From: an uncultured Actinomycetes bacterium
GTDB lineage: Bacteria; Actinomycetota; Thermoleophilia; UBA2241
Assembly (NCBI GenBank): GCA_963767005.1
Contig: CAVYCN010000004.1
Location: 448,001 to 512,000, forward strand
DNA: 64,000 nucleotides
Reading direction: 5' to 3'
Under the pieces are notes generated by a model. The model made no database searches, had not been told where the DNA came from, and saw nothing but the letters and a program-made list of their open reading frames with translations. Positions 57,799 to 64,000 of the stretch are shown piece after piece. The stretch's first letter is position 1; each line of letters starts with the position of its first letter. The translations under genes and the position numbers were made by a program.

Positions 57799-59196
57799 AT
57801 GCTGCACCAGCGAGACTCCGTGCGATCCCGGCTGCTGGACGAGGTCTACGCCTCCAACGACCTGAGCGTCGCTCTGCCGAAGTTCAGGTTGCCGCCCGCC
57901 GAGCAGGAGCCCGAGCACGCCTTCCAGGTGGTCGCCGACGAGCTCATGCTCGACGGCAACTCGCGGCAGAACCTGGCGACCTTCTGTCAGACCTGGCTTG
58001 AGCCGCAGGTCCACGACCTCATGGACCTGACGATCGACAAGAACATGATCGACCGCGACGAGTATCCGCAGACGGCCGTCCTCGAGGAGCGCTGCGTCCA
58101 CATGGTGGCCGACCTGTGGAACGCGCCGCAGGCCGAGAACACGGTGGGCACCTCGACGACCGGCTCGAGCGAGGCGGCCATGCTCGGCGGCATGGCGCTG
58201 CTGTGGCAGTGGCGGGCACGGCGGCGCGCCGCCGGCAAGCCCGCCGACCGACCCAACCTGGTCACGGGTCCGGTCCAGATCTGCTGGCACAAGTTCGCGC
58301 GCTACTGGGACGTCGAGCTGCGCGAGATCCCCATGCAGGGTGACCGCCTCATCATGACGTCCGACGAGGTCGTCCCACGGGTCGACGAGCACACGATCGG
58401 CGTCGTGCCCACGCTGGGCGTGACCTTCACCGGCGACTACGAGCCGGTGAAGGCCGTGAGCGACGCGCTCGACGCGCTCCAGCGCGAGAAGGGGTTCGAC
58501 GTGCCCCTGCACGTCGACGCCGCCAGCGGCGGCTTTCTCGCGCCGTTCACGGCGCCCGACCTTCTCTGGGACTTCCGCCTGCCACGAGTGAAGTCGATCA
58601 ACTCCTCGGGGCACAAGTTCGGCCTCGCGCCGCTCGGCGTGGGCTGGGTCGTCTGGCGCGACGCCGCCGATCTGCCCTCCGACCTCATCTTCTCGGTGAA
58701 CTACCTGGGCGGCGAGATGCCGACCTTCGCCCTGAACTTCTCGCGGCCGGGCGGTCAGGTCGCCGCCCAGTACTACACGTTCCTGCGCCTCGGCCGTGAG
58801 GGGTATCGCAAGATCCACGAGGCCTGCCACGACACCGCGATGTGGCTGGCGGAGCAGATCGCCGCGCTCGGACCCTTCGCGATCATCTTCAACGGCGACC
58901 CCGCCCGTGGCATCCCGGCCGTGTCGTGGAAGCTCCGCGAGGGCGTCGAGCACGGCTTCACGCTGTTCGACCTCGCCGACCGCCTGCGCATCCGGGGCTG
59001 GCTCGTGCCGGCCTACACCATGCCGGCCGAACGGCATGACCTCGCCGTCCAGCGCATCCTGGTACGTCACGGCTTCAGCCGCGACCTGGCCGAGCTGCTG
59101 ATGCAGGACGTCGTGAGAGCCCTGGAACACTTCGCCAAGCACCCCGTGAGCGTCCCGCTCGGCGAGCGCGAAGCCGGAGGCTTCGCGCACAGCTGA
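57799..59196 (+). CDS. gadB: Glutamate decarboxylase
   Basis: [47 protein letters not shown]. Confidence 0.96.
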   Translation: MLHQRDSVRSRLLDEVYASNDLSVALPKFRLPPAEQEPEHAFQVVADELMLDGNSRQNLATFCQTWLEPQVHDLMDLTIDKNMIDRDEYPQTAVLEERCVHMVADLWNAPQAENTVGTSTTGSSEAAMLGGMALLWQWRARRRAAGKPADRPNLVTGPVQICWHKFARYWDVELREIPMQGDRLIMTSDEVVPRVDEHTIGVVPTLGVTFTGDYEPVKAVSDALDALQREKGFDVPLHVDAASGGFLAPFTAPDLLWDFRLPRVKSINSSGHKFGLAPLGVGWVVWRDAADLPSDLIFSVNYLGGEMPTFALNFSRPGGQVAAQYYTFLRLGREGYRKIHEACHDTAMWLAEQIAALGPFAIIFNGDPARGIPAVSWKLREGVEHGFTLFDLADRLRIRGWLVPAYTMPAERHDLAVQRILVRHGFSRDLAELLMQDVVRALEHFAKHPVSVPLGEREAGGFAHS

Positions 59197-59235
59197 CGCA
59201 TGCCGACGAGGCACCGCCGTCCGCCGCCCGCGACG

Positions 59236-59730
59236 CTAGGGCGTCTTCGCGGTCTCGTCGATGGCGGGCGACACCTCTCCAGACCCGCGGCCGGTGAGGT
59301 GGCGGTGGATGTCGTGCAACAGGTCGGTGTTGGCCTTGACCTGGCGGGTCAGCTCGGTGTTCTCGTCCATGAGCCGTCTGAGGTCGTCGGTGTTCTTCTC
59401 GGTGTGGAGCGCGACCTCGGAGGAGATCGCGTCGGCACGCTTGGCGGCGATCAGCAGGGCGGCGGCCTGGACCCCGGCCAGCATCGAGAGGAAGAGGTTG
59501 AGCAGGATGAAGGGGTAGGGGTCGAAGGCCTTGTGGTGCGTGACGTGGCGCAGGACGTAGACATTGACCACCGCCCAGACGATCATCACCGCGAAGAACG
59601 AGAAGACGAAGCGCCACGACCCCATGACGTTGCGCATGCGGTCGGCGGCGCGCTCGCCCAGCGTCAGCTCGTCGCCTGAGCGCACCCCGGGGTGTCGATG
59701 CCAGTGACTCTCCCAGCCGGTCTTGGCCAT
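59236..59730 (-). CDS. DUF1003 membrane protein
   Basis: GERAAD, GSWRF, FDPYPFILLNLFLS. Confidence 0.9.
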   Translation of the reverse strand: MAKTGWESHWHRHPGVRSGDELTLGERAADRMRNVMGSWRFVFSFFAVMIVWAVVNVYVLRHVTHHKAFDPYPFILLNLFLSMLAGVQAAALLIAAKRADAISSEVALHTEKNTDDLRRLMDENTELTRQVKANTDLLHDIHRHLTGRGSGEVSPAIDETAKTP

Positions 59731-59790
59731 GCGCTGAGGTTGCCCCAGCCGCACGAGCGCGTCAAGAGGAGTCCTCCACGCCGGCCGGCC

Positions 59791-60768
59791 TCAGTAACCT
59801 TCCGGCGCGTGTGGCACGTAGTGCTCCTCGAGGCGCGCTCGCTCGGCGTCTTCAAGGCGCAGATCGACGGCCGCGAGGGCGTCGGCAAGGTGTTCGGGTT
59901 TCGTCGCGCCGACGATCGGCGCGGTGACCGCGGGCTGGTGCAGCAGCCAGGCGAGGGCGACCTGCGCCCGGGACACGCCGCGCTTGCCGGCGATCTCGCC
60001 GACCGCATCGACGATGAGCCGGTCCGAGTCCTCGGTCTGGCGGTACATCTTCTGACCGAACGGGTCGCTCTGGCTGCGGCTCGTGGTCGTTCCCCAGTCT
60101 CGCGTCAGATACCCGCGGGCGAGCGGGCTCCACGGCAGCACGCCGATCCCCTGATCGACACAGAAGGGCAGCATCTCGCGTTCCTCTTCGCGCATCAGCA
60201 GGTTGTACTGGTCCTGCATCGAGGCGAAGCGGGTCCAGCCGTGCAGGTCGGCGAGGAACTGCGCCTGGGCAAACCGCCACGTCGGCATCGACGAGGCGCC
60301 GATGAAGCGCACCTTGCCGGCGCGCACGAGATCGTCCAGCGCCGCGAGCGTCTCCTCGATCGGTGTCTCCGGATCGGAGCGATGGATCTGGTAGAGGTCG
60401 ACGTAGTCGGTCTTCAGACGGCGCAGGCTCTGGTCGATCTGGGTGAGGATGGCGCCGCGCGACAGCCCGCCGCCGTTGGGTCCCGGCCCCATCCGCCCCC
60501 AGACCTTGGTGGCGATCACCACCTCGTCGCGCCGGGCAAGCTCGCCGAGCAGGGAACCGACGATCTCCTCGCTCGAGCCGCGCGAGTACACGTTGGCGGT
60601 GTCGAAGGTGGTGATGCCGGCTTCGAGCGCCTGCCGCACGATCAGGCGCGCGTCGTCGAGGCCGATCGTCCATCCCTGCCAGCCGCTGCTCGGGTCGCCG
60701 AAGCCCATGCAGCCGAGCACGATGCGCGATACCTGCAGACCCGACCGCCCCAACCGCGTGTAGTCCAT
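59791..60768 (-). CDS. Aldo/keto reductase
   Basis: LGCM, FDTANVYS, IATK, DLYQIHR, PWSPLARG. Confidence 0.95.
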   Translation of the reverse strand: MDYTRLGRSGLQVSRIVLGCMGFGDPSSGWQGWTIGLDDARLIVRQALEAGITTFDTANVYSRGSSEEIVGSLLGELARRDEVVIATKVWGRMGPGPNGGGLSRGAILTQIDQSLRRLKTDYVDLYQIHRSDPETPIEETLAALDDLVRAGKVRFIGASSMPTWRFAQAQFLADLHGWTRFASMQDQYNLLMREEEREMLPFCVDQGIGVLPWSPLARGYLTRDWGTTTSRSQSDPFGQKMYRQTEDSDRLIVDAVGEIAGKRGVSRAQVALAWLLHQPAVTAPIVGATKPEHLADALAAVDLRLEDAERARLEEHYVPHAPEGY

Positions 60769-60813
60769 CAGTCCTCCCGAGGTAGATACTCGCTTGCGCT
60801 CCGCGGGCCCCGC

Positions 60814-61164
60814 TCAGGCCGCCTGCTCCGCCGAGGTCTGCCCCCGAGGCGGCGCGCCCTCCTCGTCGACCGTCGGATCGTTGGCCCAGGCGTCGACCCC
60901 GGCGCTCACGCTCGAGACGTGCCCGCGGAGGTGGTCGAGCAGCCGGGCCACGTCGTCGCGGTCATGGCGCTCGCACTGCCGGAAGATTGCGACACAGGCG
61001 GCGCACGACTCCGCCTCGGCGTTTTCGACGTACAGCCCGTAGCGCGTCGCGGCATCGATCTTTTCGTTCAGGGTCTGGAGCAGGTCGTGCACGACGTTGC
61101 TCACCGGGCCTTCGGCACGCAGCTTCTCGTCCATCTCTTCTCCCGCGAGTGAGTGGTCTGCCAT
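60814..61164 (-). CDS. Small helical (ferritin-like?) hypothetical protein
   Basis: PVSNVVHDLLQTL..K.DA..RY..Y..NA...CAAC...F; start 61164 or 61134. Confidence 0.6.
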   Translation of the reverse strand: MADHSLAGEEMDEKLRAEGPVSNVVHDLLQTLNEKIDAATRYGLYVENAEAESCAACVAIFRQCERHDRDDVARLLDHLRGHVSSVSAGVDAWANDPTVDEEGAPPRGQTSAEQAA

Positions 61165-61243
61165 GCGGGTTGCCTTGCCGGTTGCGGCAGCGCCGAAACG
61201 CAGGTAGACGACCGGCGGCGCCTGCCCACGCCGTGCCGACCGA

Positions 61244-61520
61244 TCAGCGCGCTGAGCCGCGGCTTCTGCGACGAGCGTAGAAGGTGGCGACGCTGACCGC
61301 CTCGAGCGGCACGAGCTCGCTGCGGCCGGCACTGTGCTGGAGCAGCACCTCGTGGTGGATGAGGTCGACATCGACACCGAGCGTGCCGTTGCCGACCCAG
61401 AGCGGTCCCGTGGTCGGGCCCTCCAGGCTCAGTCGCAGGGGGGGCATGCGCCCACTGGGCAAGCGGCGGCGTCAAGGCCAGCCGCAGCTTGCCGACGGTC
61501 CCGACAAGACCGCGTGAGGG
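61244..61520 (-). pseudogene. DUF5996-like gene remnant
   Basis: VGKLRLALTPPLAQWAH in one frame, then TTGPLW...VDLIHHEV...SVATFY in another; truncated. Confidence 0.6.
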
Positions 61521-61578
61521 CGCCGACACGGGTGACGCGGATCGGCCCCTTGTGCGACCTCCACGGGCCGTGGAGACG

Positions 61579-62304
61579 TCAGTGCCCGGCGGCTTGGCCG
61601 CCGTCGATATGCAAGCTCTCGCCGGTGACGAACGTCGCCCGTTCGAGGTACATGATCCCGTCGACGACATCGCCGATCTCGCCCATCCTGCCCAGGGGGT
61701 GCACGGCGGCCAGGCTCCTGTACGAGGCGGGGTCGGCGTGCATCTGCGTCCTGATCACTCCGAGGGATACGGCGTTCACCCTCACGCCGTGCGCGGCGTA
61801 TTCGATGGCGAGCGAGCGGGTGACGGCGTCGAGCCCGCCTTTGGTCAACGATGCGAGAGCGGCGGGGTCGGCGCTCCTGGCGTGATCGACGAGGCTGGTC
61901 GTGACATTGACGATGTGTCCGTGCCGCTGGTCGACCATCTGTCGTATGACGCGCTGCGTGATATGGAAGAACCCGGTCAGATTGACGGCGATCATCGCGG
62001 CATAGTCGTCCTGGGTGTACTCGGTGAACGGCTTGCCGATGAAGATCCCGGCGTTGTTCACCAGGGTGTCGATCCGTCCGAACCGATCGAGAGCCAGCCC
62101 GACCACCCGCTGCGCGGTCTCGGCATCAGCGATGTCCCCCGAGACCGTAAGCAGGTCGTGATCGTCGGGGCTGGGCATCGAGCGCGCCGTGCCGACCACC
62201 GCATAGCCGGCTGCGCGGAACGCGGCCGCGACGCCGGCCCCGATCCCCTGCGAAGCGCCGGTGACGATCGCGACGCCCGGCGACCTGGTGCGCTGCTCGG
62301 TCAA
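61579..62304 (-). CDS. SDR family oxidoreductase
   Basis: TGASQGIG, NNAG, GVRVNAV, IDGG; catalytic YxxxK appears as ASLTK. Confidence 0.92.
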   Translation of the reverse strand: MTEQRTRSPGVAIVTGASQGIGAGVAAAFRAAGYAVVGTARSMPSPDDHDLLTVSGDIADAETAQRVVGLALDRFGRIDTLVNNAGIFIGKPFTEYTQDDYAAMIAVNLTGFFHITQRVIRQMVDQRHGHIVNVTTSLVDHARSADPAALASLTKGGLDAVTRSLAIEYAAHGVRVNAVSLGVIRTQMHADPASYRSLAAVHPLGRMGEIGDVVDGIMYLERATFVTGESLHIDGGQAAGH

Positions 62305-62335
62305 TCGAGCCGGATGCCTGGTCGGAAGGCAGGCA

Positions 62336-62947
62336 TCAGGCCGCCCTCTTCGCCCCGGGCTCGGTCTGGGGGCTTGCGGCCTGCTTGTCCCAGCCGTGGA
62401 AGCGCGAGCGGTCGCCCGCCTCCCAGGCCTTGCGCAGCCCCGAGGTGCTCAAGTCCCAGTCGGGGCGGACCTCGCGGGTGACGGCCCGCAGGTCGCGGCG
62501 GAGGTCCTCGACCGAGGGGCGTCCCCAGAACCAGTAGCCGTTGTAGACGCTGGAGATGACGAGCCCGGGCTTGAGCACGAGCGTGTGCGGGATCATCGGG
62601 TCGTGCTCGGGGTCGGTGTACTCCTGGATGTCGAGGTCCTTCTGCACGATGCGCCCGGGGTCGGAGAGGAAGGGCCACTGGGCGCCGACCGAAGCGCGGA
62701 ACTCCTGCAGGGTGTGGTGGTCGTCGGTCGCGATCGTGACGATCCGCGTGTACGCCACGGCGATCTGCGGATAGAAGGCGGCAAGTTGCAGGTGCTGCTG
62801 GTGCTCCTTCGGGCAGAAGTGACCGCGCGCGAGTGTGAGGATCAAGGGATCGTCGCCCTGCAGCTCGCTGAGCTTGCGGGGGACGTTCTCGTGATCGGGC
62901 AGCTCGTAGTCGGGGAACGTGCCGCCGGGTGCGATATCGGAGCGCAT
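62336..62947 (-). CDS. Redoxin (AhpC/TSA-like) protein
   Basis: FPDYELPD, RGHFCPKE, WPFLSDP, GYWFWGRP. Confidence 0.85.
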   Translation of the reverse strand: MRSDIAPGGTFPDYELPDHENVPRKLSELQGDDPLILTLARGHFCPKEHQQHLQLAAFYPQIAVAYTRIVTIATDDHHTLQEFRASVGAQWPFLSDPGRIVQKDLDIQEYTDPEHDPMIPHTLVLKPGLVISSVYNGYWFWGRPSVEDLRRDLRAVTREVRPDWDLSTSGLRKAWEAGDRSRFHGWDKQAASPQTEPGAKRAA

Positions 62948-63007
62948 GGGAGGACCGCCTTTCAGGTTGCGGCGCGGGCTACGACGAACTGCTGGCCGCC
63001 TTCCAGG

Positions 63008-64000
63008 TCAATGGCCGCGCCTGTGAGCGCCGTGCTGGGCATGATGTGCACCGGCGGCCATCGGCGGCCGCGCGCCAAGCGCCGCCCCCGATGCCGCCCC
63101 AATCGCGCGACGGAGCGCCTTCAACGCCTCGACGTAGATCTCCGAGAAGGTCGGGAACGGCTGGATCGTGTCGGCCAGGACGGTGAGCGGGACGTGGGCG
63201 CGGATCGCCAGCGTGGCCTGTTGCAGCCACTCACCTGCCTCGGGGCCGAGGGCGTAGGCGCCGGTCAGTCGGTCGCCGTCGCTGAGGAGCGTCAGAAAGC
63301 CGTTCTCGTTCGCGTAGGCGTGCGTGTACGTGGCCGTCTTGGCGAGCTCCGACACAGGGACGGTGGCGCTGAAGCGGCCGGCGGTCGCGCCCACAGCAGC
63401 GGCCTGCGGGTCGGTGTAGACCACGCGCGGCACCGCCTCGTAGTTGGCCTTGCGCGGCTCGCCGAGGATGTTGGCGGCGACCACCTCGCCCTCGTACTTG
63501 CCGACGTGGGTCAGCGGCCAGATGCCGGTGACGTCGCCGATCGCCCACAGCTTCTCTGCCGCCCGCAGGTGCTCGTCGACCGGGACCCCATGCGGGTCGG
63601 GCTCGACGCCGACGGTCTCGAGGCCGAGATCGCGCACCCGCGGACGCCGGCCCGTGGCGACGAGCAGCCGGTCGCCGCGCAGCTCGCGCCCGTCGTCGAG
63701 CGCGAGGACGTACTCCCCGCCCGCGCGCCGCGCGGCGGCCGCGCTGGCCGACAGGACCAGCTCGACGCTCTCGCGGCGGAGGGCCTCGCCGAGTGCCTCG
63801 CCCAGCGGCGCCGGCTCCCGGGCGAGCACGTGCGTGCCCCTGTCGACGACGACCGCCTCGCCGCCGAACCGGCGCACGACCTGGGCCATCTCCGCTCCGA
63901 CCGGCCCGCCGCCGAGGATGAGGAGGCGCTGCGGCACGGCCTTCATCGAGGTCGCCTCGCGGCTCGTCCAGACACCGTCGAGCTCGCGCAGGCCCGGCAC
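63008..64000 (-). CDS. Class I pyridine nucleotide-disulfide oxidoreductase (5' truncated)
   Basis: GGGPVGAE, ATGR, AIGDV, PRVVYTDP, PFPTFSE. Confidence 0.88.
   Translation of the reverse strand: MPGLRELDGVWTSREATSMKAVPQRLLILGGGPVGAEMAQVVRRFGGEAVVVDRGTHVLAREPAPLGEALGEALRRESVELVLSASAAAARRAGGEYVLALDDGRELRGDRLLVATGRRPRVRDLGLETVGVEPDPHGVPVDEHLRAAEKLWAIGDVTGIWPLTHVGKYEGEVVAANILGEPRKANYEAVPRVVYTDPQAAAVGATAGRFSATVPVSELAKTATYTHAYANENGFLTLLSDGDRLTGAYALGPEAGEWLQQATLAIRAHVPLTVLADTIQPFPTFSEIYVEALKALRRAIGAASGAALGARPPMAAGAHHAQHGAHRRGH

Noticed and set aside
63008-64000. Mercuric reductase MerA
   Set aside because: No C-terminal Cys-Cys pair and no mer genes in the window.

Overview
High-GC actinobacterial-type chromosomal window (inference from GC, L,D-transpeptidase, TAGRRT-type promoters; a Thermoleophilia-like host is a guess). 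Main results: (1) an intact mercury-methylation pair hgcA-hgcB at 8842-10418, translationally coupled inside an arsenic-resistance operon (acr3-arsR-hgcA-hgcB-DUF364, with divergent arsC-metallophosphoesterase) next to the 3' end of tRNA-Glu. (2) At the left edge, a unit missed by the ORF track: the C-terminus of a possible DUF512-type radical SAM protein, an 83-aa orphan, then a 37-aa acidic peptide with its own consensus promoter, RBS and terminator, a candidate RiPP-like system. The rest holds an agmatine deiminase operon, glutamate decarboxylase, a TetR-controlled amidohydrolase/ABC/CocE cluster, surface proteins, signalling genes and three pseudogenes. All product calls come from motif recognition by eye; no searches were run.
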